This document shows, in pieces, positions 35,655-58,400 of a stretch of DNA of 64,000 nucleotides. Below the pieces are notes generated by a model that saw only the letters and a list, made by a program, of their open reading frames with translations, searched no databases and had not been told where the DNA came from. Position numbers and translations under genes: made by a program. The number at the start of each line of letters is the position of its first letter. The first letter of the stretch is position 1. This DNA is from the human T2T-CHM13v2.0 reference genome, Homo sapiens, in the NCBI RefSeq assembly GCF_009914755.1, contig NC_060939.1; one strand, given 5' to 3'.

Positions 35655-36170
35655 CTGCGGCCCTGGATTGTAAATGGCCAGCGTGCCAGGCACCTCCTGG
35701 GCACCACTTCAGTCCGCTTGGCCCCAGTTCTGATTCTGGCCACTGCTGAGGTGATGAGTGTTCTGTGGGCCTCATGCAGGTGCTGCCTCACCTTGGGCAC
35801 ATGGGGCCCACCCCTCCCTTCCTGTCTGAGTCACACAGGGAGGATGCTCTCGGGAATCCCCTGGACCAGTATGCATATGCACACCCCAAGTTCAGGGGAG
35901 TTCATGTCTGTGAGGCCACTCTTGACCAATGAGTGACACAAGCAAATACTCAATGTGTCTTTTTTGTATCTCCCATTTCATAAGACTCTTTGGAAGATCC
36001 TATGGAATCAAGCACCTATCAGAGGTCCCCTTGAAAATGCGACCTTGTCCCGGGCTTCCCTCTTTATTTGTTTCTCTCTCCAGCCCTCACTCCTACTCCC
36101 TGGGATTACGTCCCAAATTAATTACACAAAAACCTTTGTCTGAGGCTCTGCTTTTAGGGGACCCAAAACT
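35655..36170 (+). mobile_element. LTR16-like ERVL LTR
   Basis: ccctgggattacgtcccaaatta...tttgtctgaggctctgcttttaggggacccaaaactaa resembles the LTR16 3' end. Confidence 0.55.
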
Positions 36171-36771
36171 AATCAGGAAAGAGGAGAAAAGGCCTGAAGT
36201 CTGGTCCTGGGAGGTAGGACCCTTCCTCTCCTCCAAATTTGGGACTTCTCAGAAGTTAATACCCTAGGGGAGAGAGAGGGAAAAAAACTCACCTACAGAA
36301 GACTTTGCTGTATCCACTTAGTTGTGGCTGGAGAAGCAATACAGGGTAAAAAGGAAGTCCGAAAGCCAACATTCATGCAGAGAAAAGCCCAAAATTATAT
36401 TCCCTGTATGACCAGAAAAACACTAAGCCAAAAAAATGTTTAAAGTGGTTCTGAGTTGGAAGTACTTTTAGGTGCCTGGCAAAAGCAAACAAAAAGCCTT
36501 TCTGGAATAATATATTTTAAACACAGATTCAAAGAATTCCCACAAAGAATTACAAGAAACATGACCTCATAATTAACAATTAATAAGTTCATATGGAAAC
36601 AAACCACAAGGAGTATGCGTCAGCAGAAACAATAAATAAATAGCGGGGTGAGACCCACAAATACTGCATAAGATAGAATGATGAGACACAGAATAGAAGA
36701 TAAGTATTTTAATGTATTTAATGAAGTGAAAAAAGATACTGAAAATATGAGAAAGAAACGAATAATATTAG

Positions 36772-36972
<201 letters not shown>

Positions 36973-37406
36973 TAGTAGAGACGGGGTTTCACTGTGTTAG
37001 CCAGGATGGTCTCGATCACCTGACCTAGTGATCCACCTGCCTCGGCCTCCCAAAGTGCTGGGATTACAGGTGTGAGTCACCACGCCCAGCCTAATTAGGC
37101 ATATTTAAAGATGAACCAGATAAAACTTCTACAAATGAAACTGCAATAATTAAAATAAAAAGACTCAAAAGACAAGTGAAAAAGCTGAATAGACAAAGGT
37201 GAAGACAGAATAGTAAATTGAAAAGTAGAGCTTAAGAAATTACCAAGAATTCAACAAAGAAAGGTAATAAGGTGAAATATGAAAAAGAAGAGACATGGGA
37301 GAAATTCAACATTTATTCATGATAAAACCTCTCAGCAAACTAAGAATTAAAAGGCACTTCCTCAACTCAGTGAAAGACATCCACAAAAAACCTATACCTA
37401 CTGTCA

Positions 37407-37685
<279 letters not shown>

Positions 37686-39303
37686 TCAAAAAACAACAAC
37701 AATAACAACAAAAAATAACACCGAAGTCTTTTACTCTAAGTTCAGGAACAAGCAAGGATGTTCACCCTTACCACTGCCATTCCGCTTTCAACTGGAGGTC
37801 CTAACCAGGGCTAGAAGTCAAGAAAAATATAATAAAATAAATAAAAGGCTTACAGATTGGAAAGGAAGAAATAAACCTGTCTCTGTTAGTAGAATACATA
37901 ATTGTTTATTTAGAAAATCACAAAGAATCTACAAAAAAGCAACTACAACTAATAAGTAAATTTATCAAGGTTACAAGATACAAGATCAACAGAGAAGAAT
38001 CACTATGTTTCTATATATTAGGAATGCCCAATTAAAATGAGAATTTTAAAAACGGTGCCATTTTAAATAGCATAAAAACAAGGAATACTTGGCATAAATC
38101 TAACAAAACATGCAAGACTGACATGCTGAAAACAACAAAACATTGATAAGAGACACTAAAGAAGACCTAAATAGAGGCAATGGGTTGGAAAATATATATA
38201 TATTTTTTCTTTTTTGCTTTTTTACACTATCCACCTGGAGACAGAAAAATCCATATTTTAAAGTCCAAATTCTCCCCAACTTGATCAGTAGATTTAATGT
38301 AATCCCAATCAACAGCCCAGCAGGATTTTCATAAAAATCAATATGTTGATTCTAAAATATTTATGGTAATACAAAGAAACTTGAATATCCACAAAAAATT
38401 TTGAGAAAAAGAACAAATTAGGAAGACTCACACTGCTAGATTGTAAGAATGTACTTTAAAACCAGGAATACTAACAAGCAAGTTTAGCAGGATCACAGTA
38501 TGCAAGATCAATATACATAATCAAAAAACTTTCCACAAAGAAAAGCCCAAGCACAGATGACTTCACTGGTGAATTTTATGACCCAGTTGAAGAATAATTA
38601 ATAACAATTCCTTATAAACTGTTTCAAAACTTAGAAAACGAGAGAACACTTTCCAAATCATTCTACGAAGCCAATAATTCCCCGATACCCAAAACAAAGA
38701 CATCACAAGAAAAAACAGACAGACAAAAATGAAGAAAACTACAGACCAATATCTTTTGTCAGTATAGATGTAAAAATCTTCAAAACAAATAGAATCAAAC
38801 AATACAGCAACATATGAAAAAGAATGTACAACATGGCCAATTGGGACTTTTCCCAAGAAGGTAAGGTTGGCTGAAGATATGAAAATCAATCAATGTTACA
38901 TACCATATTAATAGAATAAAAGATTGAAGCTTTAAATCGGGTCAGTGATGCAGAAAAAGCATCTGAAAAAAATCCAATACCTTATATGATAAAAATTCTC
39001 AGAAAGCTAGAAATAGAAAGGAAGTTCTTTGAACTGATAAAGATCATCTACGAAGAGTCCTGCACTAATATAGTACCTAATGGTGAAAGACTGAAACTGT
39101 CTGACCCCTAAGATCAGCAGGAAAGGATTTTTCCTCTTACTACACCTGTTCAACATTGTACTGGAAATAATAGCCACCAAATTAGATCCTCCCTTCCTGC
39201 CCCAAAATGAAAGAAATAAATGGCATCACTGTTGAAAAAGACGTAAAATTACTTCTATTCTCAGATAATACGATTGTTCTATGGAAATAATTATTAAATC
39301 TTA

Positions 39304-39830
<527 letters not shown>

Positions 39831-41376
39831 CTACAAAACATTGAAAGAAATTAAAGAAGGCTTAAGTAAATAGAACGATATTCCATATTCATGGATTGGA
39901 AGACAATATTGTTAAGATGGCAATACCCCCTAAATTTGTCTACACTTACAATGTAGTAGTACACTTTCAAAATCCCAGCTTCTTTTTGCAGAAATTGAAA
40001 AACTGATTCTGAAATTTGTATAAAAATGCAGCAGACCCAGAATTGCTAAAACAATCTTGAAAAAAAGAACAATATTGAAGGACTTACACTTCTTGATTTC
40101 AGAACTTCCTGCAATGCTGCAGCAATCAGCATTGTGTAGTACTGACATAAGGACAGACATATAAATTAATGAAATAGAATTGAGAGTCCAGAAGTAAACA
40201 CATACGTTTATATTCCATTGATTTTTTAACAAGGGTGCCAAGATAATTTAACGGAGAAAAATATCTTGTCATCAAATCACTGATGTTGGGACAACTGGAT
40301 ATCTACATGCAAAAGAATGAAGTTGATCCCTTCCTTAGACCATATACAAAAATTAAGTCCGATCTGCAAATGGCTCAGATACCTAAATATGATAGCTGTA
40401 ACTCTAAAACTCTTAGAGGAAAACGTAATCATAAACTTTCATGATCTTAGGTTAGGCAAAGCCTTCTTACATGCAACAGAAAAAGCACAAGCAACAAAAG
40501 ATGAAATAGATAAATTGTACTTCATCAAAATGGAAATCTTTTGGCTTCAAAGGACACTATCAAGAAAGTAAAAAGACAACACAGAGAATGAGGTAAATTA
40601 TTTGCAAATTATGTATATGATCAGGGACTAGTATCCAGAATATAAAATAGCAACTACAGCTTAAAAAGACATATACCTCAAAAATTGGGCAAAGGATTTA
40701 AACAGATATTTTTCCAAAGAAGATATACCAATGGACAACACCACATGAAAAGATTGTAAATATTATTATCCATCAGGGAAATGCAAGTCAAACCCACAAG
40801 GAGATGCCACATCACACATACTAGGATGGCTATAATAAAACAGATGGACAATAACAAGTGTTGACAAGGATGTGGAGAAATTGGAACTCTCATACATTGC
40901 TATGGGAATGTGAAATGGTGCAGCTGCTTTGGACAAGCCTGGCAACTCCTCAAAAAGCTAAATATAGTGTTACCGTATGACCTAGCAATTTCATTCTTAG
41001 GTATATACCCCCCAAAATGGAAACATATTTACACAACAATTTGTACACAAATATTCATAGTGGTGTTATTCATAATAGCAAAAAAGCAGAAACAAGCCAA
41101 TGTTCATCAGTTGATGAATGGCTAAATAAAATGTGATATATCCATACAATGGAATATTATTTGCCCATTAAAATGAATGAAATACTGATAATGCTACAAC
41201 TTGTATAAACCTTGAAAACATCATGCTAAGTGAAAGATGCCAGCTACAAAACGCCACATATTTTATAATTCCACTTATATGAAATGCCAAGAATAGGCAA
41301 ATCTCTAGAGACTGAAAGTAGATTAGTGGCTGCCAGGGTATAAAGATAGGAGACAGTGAAGACTGACTACTAATAG

Positions 41377-45017
<3,641 letters not shown>

Positions 45018-45564
45018 TGACTCTCATCTTTTAAAGATGAGATTTGGACACACAGCCAAACAATATCAGACCCTGTCTCAAAAAAAAAAAAAAAGATTAA
45101 TTATTCACCTATCGTGTGACCCAACCATTCCACTCCTAGGTATTTACTCAAAAGAAATGAAAGCATATGTCCATACAAAGACTATACATCAATGTTCATA
45201 GCAGCTTTATTTGCAATGGCCCCAAACTGAAAATAATCCAAATGTCCATCAACAAGTGGGTGGTAAACAAATGGTGGAACATCCACACAATGGAATACTA
45301 CTCAGCAATAAAAAAGAACGAACTAGTGTGTATGGTGTGGATCCCTAAGTGAATGAATCTCAACAATTATGTTAAGTAAATGAAGCCAGACAAAAAAGAG
45401 CTTATCCTGTATAATTCCATTTATATAAAATCCTAGAAGTGGGAGGATCGCTTAAGGCCAGGAGTTTGAGACCAGCCTGAGCAACATAGCAAAACCCTGT
45501 CTCTAAAAAAAATAGGAAAAAGTTAGCCAGGTGTGGTTTGTGTGCCCACAGTCCCAGCTACTTA

Positions 45565-45663
<99 letters not shown>

Positions 45664-45805
45664 TCATGTCTAAACATAAATAAATAGGTTGGGAACAGTG
45701 GCTCACGCCTGTAGTCCCAGCACTTTGGGAAGCCGAGGCAGGTGGATCACAAGGTCAGGAGTTCAAGACCAGCTTGGCCAAGATGGTGAAACCCCATCTC
45801 TACTA

Positions 45806-46041
<236 letters not shown>

Positions 46042-46180
46042 TTAACCTGTGGTGATAGAAAGTTGACTAGTGGTTGCCTGGGAGCAGGGTGGGTGAAGAA
46101 TCAAATTAACAAAGAAGTACAAGGGCACCTTTGGGGCTGATAGATGTGGTCATCTTTTTTTTTTTTTTTTTTTTTTTTGA

Positions 46181-46603
<423 letters not shown>

Positions 46604-47016
46604 TAGATCATGGTCTTAACAAAGCCGCTCTAACTCAAATTTTGGAGAAATGTGACATGAGACAAGGTATCACATGATGTTAAGAAATTATTGCAGCCAG
46701 GTGTAGCGGTTCATGCCTGTAATCCCGCACTTTGGGAGGCCAAGATGAGAGGATTACTTGAGCCCAGGAGTTTGAGACGAGCCTGAGCAATGTAATGAGA
46801 CCCCATCTTTACAAAAATATCAAAAAATTAGCTGGGCATGGTGGCACATGCCCATAGTCGCAGCTACTCAGGAGGCTGAGGTGGGAAGATTGCTTGAGCC
46901 TGGGAGGTTAAGGCTACAGTGACTGATCACGCCACTGCATTCCAGCCAGGGCCACAGAGCAAAACCTCATGTTAAAAAAAAAAAAAGATAAATTATTGCT
47001 AATTTTTTTTTTTTGA

Positions 47017-47389
<373 letters not shown>

Positions 47390-47865
47390 TAAACAGCTCT
47401 GGAGCTAGCTTCCACCTCATGGCCAACCAGGGGTGGCTATGCGCTAGCCTGCAGGTCTCCAACCTGTCCAGCCCAGTTGTCTTGGAGATGGGGATGGGAA
47501 GTGGGCAGAGAGAAGCTCTCAATCCTTCTGACTTCCTTGGAAATGTCCTTGGAGCCATTGTACTTAACAGTAAATCTTTGCCTTCTGCACAGGGACTCTT
47601 TGTCTTAACCCTCTGGGGCCGCTGGCTCTGAGGCAGTCGCTGTTGTCTAGATCAAGTTTCTGTCTGTACACCTCTTTCTTTCTTGCTGGCAGAGACACCA
47701 TTTGTATGTGTGTCACACTCCTCCCAGGGGCTCAGGAAAATCATTCTATTCTACCCAGCTCAAGGGGTAAATCCTGATTGGTGTAGGCTAGTCTTCTTTG
47801 CAGAGATTGGTTTAGGAGTTGGCATGTGAATCAATGAGATTTGAGAAAAGGATGGGGAGGGAGAC

Positions 47866-48319
47866 CGTATTAGTCCTTTCCTGCCACTAACAAAATACCT
47901 TAGACTGGAGAATTGAGAGATAGCATAACTGTATTGCTCACAGCTACAGAAGCTGGAAGTCCAAAATCAGGGCACCAGCAGATTCAGTGTCTGATGAGAG
48001 CTTAGTCTCTGCTTCCAAGATGGGACCTTGTTGCTGTGTCCTCTGGAGGGGACAAATGTTGTGCCCTCCCATAACACAAAAGATGAAAAGGCAAAAAGAG
48101 ATGAATGCTGTTTCTTCAGGGCGCAAAAGGTGGAAAGGCAAAAGGAAGACAGGCCAGCTAGTTCCCTCCTGCCCTTTTGTAAGACACTAATCCCATCCAT
48201 GAGGACAGAGCCCTGGTGGCCTAATCATCTCCTAAAGGCTCCACCTCTTAATACTGCTGCACTGGGGATTCAGTTTCAACATGAATTTTGGAGGAGGCAC
48301 AAACACTCGCACCATAGCA
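47866..48319 (+). mobile_element. MST-type MaLR LTR nested in an older MLT1 LTR (~47590-48610)
   Basis: (c)gtattagtcc...tttcaacatgaattttggagg...accatagca; 5-bp TSD GAGAC/GAGTC. Confidence 0.75.
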
Positions 48320-48723
48320 GAGTCTTCTGGGAAATGTTTCCTTGCTCTTAAAAAGGGCTCCAAGGGCTAGGCATCCTTCCTCTCATAGCGGATATTGTTG
48401 TTTCTGGATATGACGCCTAGAGCTGTGGCAGCTCTCCTGAGACAATACGCAGAGCCCTTCCTAGGACAGACCAAGCCAGTACGCATGGGAGAGGAAAGAC
48501 AGGAAGAACCTGAGCCTGACGCTGCTGCTGAGTCACAGATTAGCCCATTCTGGAGCTGCCATCACCTCCCCGCTTCCTGCTGTATGAATTAATAAACTTT
48601 CCTTATTGTTTTTTTGTTTTGTTTTGTTTTTCAGATGGAGTTTCACTCTTGTTGCCCAGGCTCACCTTCTTGATTCTTGCCGTATGAATTCATAAACTTT
48701 TTTTTTTTTTTTTTTTTTTTTGA

Positions 48724-48828
<105 letters not shown>

Positions 48829-48831
48829 TGA

Positions 48832-49011
<180 letters not shown>

Positions 49012-49392
49012 TGAATCCATTAAAGATGAACTAACATAGGCTGGGCACAGTGGCTCACGCTTGTAACCCCAGCACTTTGGGAGGCCGGGGAGGGCAGATC
49101 ACGAGGTCAGGAGATCAAGACCATCCTGGCTAACACGGCAAAACCCCATCTCTACTAAAAATACAAAAAATTAGCCGGGCGTGGTAGCTGGCGCCTGTAG
49201 TCCCAGCTACTCAGGAGGCTGAGGCAGGAGAATGGCATGAACCCGGGAGGCAAAGCTTGCAGTGAGCCAAGACAGCGCCACTGCACTCCAGCCTGGGCAA
49301 CAGAGCAAGACTCTGTCTCAAAAAAAAAAAGCTGGTCACGGTAGCTCACGCCTGTAATCCCAGCACTTTGGGAGGCCGAGGCGGGCGGATCA

Positions 49393-49671
<279 letters not shown>

Positions 49672-50561
49672 TCAACAAAATTGCTCATTAAAAGGGACCA
49701 TGAAAAAAACAGAAAAAGCAAGCTGCAGGCTGGGAGAAAACATGTGCAAAACATATATTTGACCCCCTCCCTCCAAAAGAAATCCATCTGGAAAATATAA
49801 AGAATGCCTACAAATCAATAATAAGACCAATTACTTGATTTTTAGAAATTGGCAAAAGTCTTCAACAGGATTCTTACACAAGAAGCTACTTAAATGGCCA
49901 ATAAGCACATGAGGGGATGCTCAACATCATTAGTCATGAGGAAAATGCAAATTAAAGCCACAAAGCTACCACCATGCACCTACCAGAATGACTAAAGTGA
50001 AAAAAAGTAATAACAATTCCACATTTGACAAGGCTGTGGAACAACTGGAACTCTCATACACTGCTGATGTGAGTGTAAAACTGCACAACCACTCAGGAGA
50101 CCTGTTTAGCAGCTTTGAATAACATTAAGCACTCACTTACCTTATGACCCAGCAATTCTGCTCTGAGGTATATATTTAAGAGCAATGAGGGCATAATGTC
50201 TGCAAGACTTATACAAGAATATTCATAGCAACTTTATTCATATGGCCAAAACCAAGAAACAATCAAAATGCCTATCATCTAGGAGAATAAACAAAATATG
50301 ATATATTCATATAATGATATAGGACTTAGCAAGTAACAAAACAAACTGCTATGGATACATGCGATAACATGGATGCATCTCAAACACATTATGTCAAGTA
50401 GAAGAAGCCAGATGGAGAATTTGTGCTAGGATAATATCATTTTTATGAAGTTCAAGAACAGGCAAAACTAATTGATGGTGATAAAAGTTAGAACAGTGGG
50501 CCGGGCACGGTGGCTCTCGCCTGTAATCCCAGCACTTTGGGAGGTTGAGGTGGGCGGATCA

Positions 50562-50833
<272 letters not shown>

Positions 50834-50997
50834 TCAGCTGTACAAGGGCAGAAGGGAACTTTCTGATGTGATGCACATGTTCTATATCTTGAGCTGAGTG
50901 TCAGTTACATGGGCATGCAAACGATAAAATGTATCAAGCTATACATTCAAAATTTGTGTATTTTTCTGTGTGTAAATTATACCTCCATAGAGTACTA

Positions 50998-51317
50998 CAT
51001 TCATGCATTGCTTAATGATAAGGATACATTCTGAGAAATGTATCCTTAGGTGATTTTGCCATTGTGCAAACATTCTGGAGTGTACTTACACAAAACTAGA
51101 TGGGATAGCCTACTACACACCTAGGCTATGTGTACAGCTTATTGCTCCTAGGCTAAAAACCTGTACTGCATGTTACTGTACTGAATAGTGTAAGGAAGTA
51201 GTAACACAATGGTTATTTGTGCCATGGTAATTTTTAAGCTCCATTATAATCTTATAGGACCACTGTTGTATATGTGGTCCACCATTGACCATGACGTTGT
51301 TGTGCAGTGCATGACTG
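50998..51317. mobile_element. Tigger3/MER7 (Golem) non-autonomous DNA transposon
   Basis: TIRs cattcatgcattgc...gcagtgcatgactg; TA target duplication at both ends; atacattctgagaaatg core. Confidence 0.85.
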
Positions 51318-53065
51318 TATTTGCATTTTTTAAGAAATACCATTCACCAGAGAAGCTGGTCTATTCAATTTTTAAAAAGAGTTTAGCAGAGGGCCGGGTG
51401 CGGTGGTTCATGCCTGTAATCCCAGCACTTTGGGAGGCCGAGGCGGGCAGATCACGAGGTCAGAAGATCGAGACCATCCTGGCTAACACGGTGAAACCCC
51501 ATCACTACTAAAAATACAGGAAATTAGTCGGGCAGGGTGGCAGGCGCCCGTAGTCCCAGCTACTCGGGAGGCTGAGGCAGGAGAATGGCCTGGGAGGCAG
51601 AGCATGCAGTGAGCTGAGATCACGCCACTCACTGCACTCCAGCCTGGGCGACAGAGCAAGACTCCGTCTCAAAAAAAAATAGTTTAGCAGAGTTGCCAGA
51701 TATAAATTCAATATCTAATAAATTAAAGTTTAATGAATGTATATACATCATCAAGTTAGAAAATGCAAATTAAAAATTTACAATAGCAATGAAAAATATA
51801 AGATATTGAAAATAAATCTAACAGGCCGGGCGAAGTGGCTCACGCCTGTAATCCCAGCACTTTGGAAGGCTGAGGCGGGCGGATCACGAGGTCAGGAGAT
51901 CGAGACCATCCTGGCTAACACAGTGAAACCCCGTCTCTACTAAAAATACAAAAAATTAGCCGGGCGAGGTGGCAGGCGCCTGTAGTCCCAGCTACTCGGG
52001 AGACTGAGGCAGGAGAATGGCGTAAACCTCGGGGGGCGGAGCCTGCAGTGAGCTGAGATCGCGCCACTGCACTCCAGCCTGGGCGACAGCGAGACTCCGT
52101 TTCAAAAAAAAAAAGGAAAAAAAAGAAAATAAATCTAACAAAAGATGTGTAAAAACCTTTTTTTAAAAGAAGTGGGGTCTTGCTATATTGCCTGGGCTGG
52201 TCTTGAACTCCTGGGCTCAAGCAATCCACCCACCTTTGCCTCCTAAAGTGCTGGGATTACAGGCATAAGCCATTGTACCCAGTCCTGTAAAACCTTATAA
52301 GCCACTGTACCCAGCCCTGTAAAATCTTTTTTTTTTTTTTTGGGACGGAGTCTCGCTCTGTTGCCGAGGCTGGAGGGCAGTGCCGTGATCTCGGCTCACT
52401 GCAAGCTCCGCCTCCCAGGTTCAGCCATTCTCCTGCCTCAGCCTCCCAAGTAGCTGGTACTACAGGCACCCGCCACCACGCCCGGCTAATTTTTTGTATT
52501 TTTAGTAGAGATGGGGTTTCACCGTGTTAACCAGCATGGTATCGATCTCCTGACCTCATGATCTGCCCGCCTTGGACTCCCAAAGTGCTGGGATTACAGG
52601 TGTGAGCCACCACACCCAGCCTGTAAAATCTTTATGTAGAAAATTATAGCACCTTACTGAAAGGCAATAAGAAAACCAATTGGTGAGCAACACCATGTTT
52701 GTGGAAAGACTCAATGCTGTAAAACTGTTATTTCTCCCCAGATTGATTTAATACTGTTTCCATCAAATCATAACAAAACTTTGCACACATTTCACCAAAA
52801 AAAAAAAAAAAAAATTAGTGCCTAGATCCTATAAATCAATTAGGAGGACAAAAAATTCAATAGAAAAATGTTTAAAAATATGAACAGGTGCTGGGTGTGG
52901 CGGCTCATGCCTGTTAATTCCAGCACTTTGGGAGGCTGAGGTGGGCAGATCACTTGAGGTCAAGAGTTCAAGACCAGCCTGGCCAACATGGTGAAACCCC
53001 ATCTCTACTAAAAATACAAAAGTTAGCCGGGCGTGGTGGCAGTCCTCTGTAATCATAGCTACTCA

Positions 53066-53260
<195 letters not shown>

Positions 53261-54146
53261 TCACCTTCATTAGTAAAAAGGGGAAATGTAAATAAAACCA
53301 CAAATTTTCATTTCATGCCCACTAGTTTGGAAAAAAATTAGAAGACTGACAAAATGCTGGTGAAATGTAACTATTAAACTGCAGTGGGACTAGAGGTGAG
53401 TACACTCACTTTGAAGAAAAGTTTTACATTATTTGGTAAAAGTGAACATTCACACACCCTGAGACCCAGCAGTTCTACTCCTGGAGATATGGATGGAATA
53501 GTCACAGAGCACTGTTTATTAGATCAAAAACAAAATAGCCCAAGTACCCATTACAGTAGAGTGAATAAATGAATTGTGGTTCAGTCACACAATAGAATAC
53601 TATATTATAGTGGAACAGAAAACTATAGCTCCATACATTAACATGGATGTAGCTGATGATATTTTCCAGACGGCCACCACCATACAGCCCGTCTCATGTG
53701 CTCTTCTCACCTTTTGAGATGCCAGTGACATATTACATCTTTCTTGTAGTCCCACAGGTCCCTGAAACTGTTTTTTTTCCCCTCCTGCAGTCTATTTTCT
53801 CTCTGGTTCAGTTTCAGTCTATTTTCCCTGTGGTTCCAATCAGGTCATTTCTATTCTGTGTTTCAGTTCACGGATTCTTTCTTCTGTCCTCCCGTTCTTC
53901 TGTTGAGCACATCCACTGAGCTTTAAAATTTTAGTCATTGTCTTTTTCAGTTTGAGCATTTCCATTTGGTGCTGCATATGTTAACTAGCTTGATTTAGCC
54001 ATTTCACAATGTCTACATATATCAAAACATCATTTGTATACCATAAGTATATAATTTTTTTTTGGTCAACAAAAATAATAAAATTTCTATTTGGTTCTCT
54101 CTCTCTCTCTCTTCCTCCCTCTGTCCCTCTGTGCCAATGCCTGTAA

Positions 54147-54332
<186 letters not shown>

Positions 54333-54359
54333 TAGTAGAGACGGGGTTTCACTGTGTTA

Positions 54360-54485
<126 letters not shown>

Positions 54486-54519
54486 TCACGAGGTCAGGAG
54501 ATGGGGACCATCCTGGCTA

Positions 54520-54810
<291 letters not shown>

Positions 54811-55175
54811 TTAGGTATTACGAGACTCTGGGTCTTACTGAAACCTTGCTTCCCACGCTGCTACTCCAGCACAGGAGGGGAGGTGCTGCCGCGTTGCTGT
54901 GAGGTGGAGGCGGAAGTCCAGGTTCCCCACTCAGCACCCATGGACTCTAGAGAAGGGGGCACTGTGCCTTACTTTGGAGGGTGTGGGAGTCCTAGATTCT
55001 ACTAGACCAGCACTGGCTGTGCGGGGTGGGGGTGTCACCTTACTGCTCTTTCATGGCCTCCACTTTCACCATATTCTCAGGATGGCAGTGACCTTGGAGT
55101 GGAGAGAGGGGATGTGATTGGGCAGGAGACGCAGGAGGCTTCAAAAGAACTGTGAATGTTTTATTTTGTAGTTGA

Positions 55176-55517
<342 letters not shown>

Positions 55518-57290
55518 TAATTTTATTATTATTATATATTACGGAATGTTTTAAAAACAGAAAAACCTAACCACAACAGAGTAGAAATATGCTGTGTTTA
55601 GAATATTTGTAACACAGTTAGCTGAGCTCCTCAGACATAGCAATATCCATCGTCTGTAGTATTAAGCACTATCCATGTGCCAGGTGCTGTGCCAAGCACT
55701 TCACACACATCATCTTATTTATCCCTCACCACACTCCTAGGGGACAGATACTAACCCACTTTACATACAAGGAAGCTCAGGCTCAAAGAGGTTAAGTCGC
55801 TTGCCCAGAATCACAGAGTAATATGTGGCTGAGGTGGGACGGGAGCCCAGGCCTGTCTGCAGAGACTGTATTCTTCAACCCACAGCATCCGAACAAGGAT
55901 GAAACCAATTAATATCATTCATTGTAATCATGGCATGCCATGTCCTACCCACAGCTGATAAAATCCGACAGAAAGCATTAGACTCCCACAGGATGGGTAA
56001 TATGTCTTGGGAGGACCTTGTGGGCAAAGTGAATACAAGTGGCAGCTGCACCCAAACAAGCCCAGGGTCAGGACCCACCCAGGTGAGCAGAGCTTGGAAT
56101 TAGCCAGTGAGGCAGGAGCTGTGGCTGAGGCCTGTCCAGCCGTGTGGCAGGGCTGTGAAGGCAGGCAGAATAGCAAGGGAGGGACGCCAGAGATGGGGAA
56201 CCATGAAAGATGTCTCGCCTCCTGTTTCAGAGGGAGGGATCCAACTCGCGGGGCAAGAGCGGCTGGAACTGGAGGGAGAGAATAGTGTCTGCAAGAGCAG
56301 AATACCAGACATCAGAGTTAGCAATCCAGGCAGGAGCCAGAACCCAGGGCCACAGAGAGCATGGTCTGCCCTGTCCCACCGCTTTCTCTGTGACACAGGG
56401 GAAAGAGGTTACAGAAATTGAGTGATAATGGCTAAGGTGAATCAGCCACGAACTATAGCCCTCTCAGGAGCTGCAGGCCCTGCCCTACCCAGCCTGCCCA
56501 ACTGGTGGGTGGCAAAGACCTGTCCACCCACTAGGACAGGGCAAGAGGCAGAGCTACCAGTTAGGAGCTCACGTGGTCACTGTCCATGGGAATGGTGGTT
56601 CAGGCCAACAAAATCAGATTGTCCAGCGACAATTGTCAATTCCCACTGTAAGGCCACAGCCCTGGGATGGGAATCCTGGTTGGACTACAGCTCACAGTCA
56701 AGGTTGGAGTATTTGTGTAGCCCAGATTCAGGCTGAGTCCCTAGCAGCTGAGAGCCTGCCTAGGATACAGGAAGTGTAGTTGGGCATCTCTGGGTTTAGA
56801 CATCAAACAAGGAAGGGCGGGGTGAAATGAGGAAAAGTGACCAGGATGGCAAGGGACCCACACCTTCCCCTCAGAGCTGCTGCAAGGGCAGTTCTCCTAG
56901 CCCCAGTACATCCTAGGCGCCGGTTCACAGCTGGTAGCCTCCTGTAACCTGGACTAGCTGGACAAGTTGGGCCAAATAGATTGTTCCTTTGGAGTCTGAT
57001 TATTATGAAATATTCTACTTTTTCTCTCATAATACTTCTTGACTTAAAGTTTGTATAATATTTCCATATTAGCTTTCTTGGGATTAGTGTTGACATGAAA
57101 TATTGCTTTCTAACCTTTTACTTTCACCTTTTTATGTCCTTATATTTATATTTATTATATTTATTTATTTATTTATTTTTGGGACAGTGTCTCACTAGGT
57201 CTCCCAGGCTGGAGTGCAGTGGCTTAATCTTGGCTTACTGCAACTTCCGCCTCCCCATGTCCAAGCAATTCTCATGCCTCAGCCTCCTGA

Positions 57291-57508
<218 letters not shown>

Positions 57509-57634
57509 TAGTAGAGATGGGGTTTCACCATGTTGGCAGGCTGTTCTCAAATGCCTGACCTCAAGTGATCCGTCAGCCTTGGCCTCCCAAAGTGCTGAGA
57601 TTACAGGCGTGAGCCATCGTGCCCAGCCTACGTC

Positions 57635-57644
57635 TATATGTGTA

Positions 57645-57677
<33 letters not shown>

Positions 57678-57682
57678 ATATA
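57635..57682. repeat. (TG)n/(TA)n microsatellite
   Basis: tatgtgtatgtgtgtgtatatata...tata seen directly. Confidence 0.9.
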
Positions 57683-58067
57683 TTTTGTTTGTTTGGTTTT
57701 TGTTTGTTTGTATAATATTTCCATATTAGCTTTCTTGGGATTAGTGTTGACATGAAATGTTGCTTTCTAACCTTTTGCTTTCACCTTTTTATGTCCTTAT
57801 ATTTATTATATTTATTTATTTATTTATGTTTGAGACAGTGTTCACGCCATTCTCCTGCCTCAGCCTCCCGAGTAGCTGGCACTACAGGCGCCCGCCACCA
57901 TGCCCAGCTAATTTTTTTTGTTTTCTTTTTAGTAGAGATGGGGTTTCACCGTGTTAGCCAGGATGATCTCAATCTCCTGACCTCGTGATCTGCCCGCCTC
58001 AGCCTCCCAAAATGCTGGGATTACAGATGTGAGCCACTGCGCCCAGACTTAATCAATATTTTTTTAA

Positions 58068-58400
<333 letters not shown>

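Noticed and set aside
55900-56990. Purine-rich unique-looking block with overlapping ORFs (also 62880-63330)
   Set aside because: No recognisable protein or splice structure; probably ancient LTR remnants that I cannot assign.
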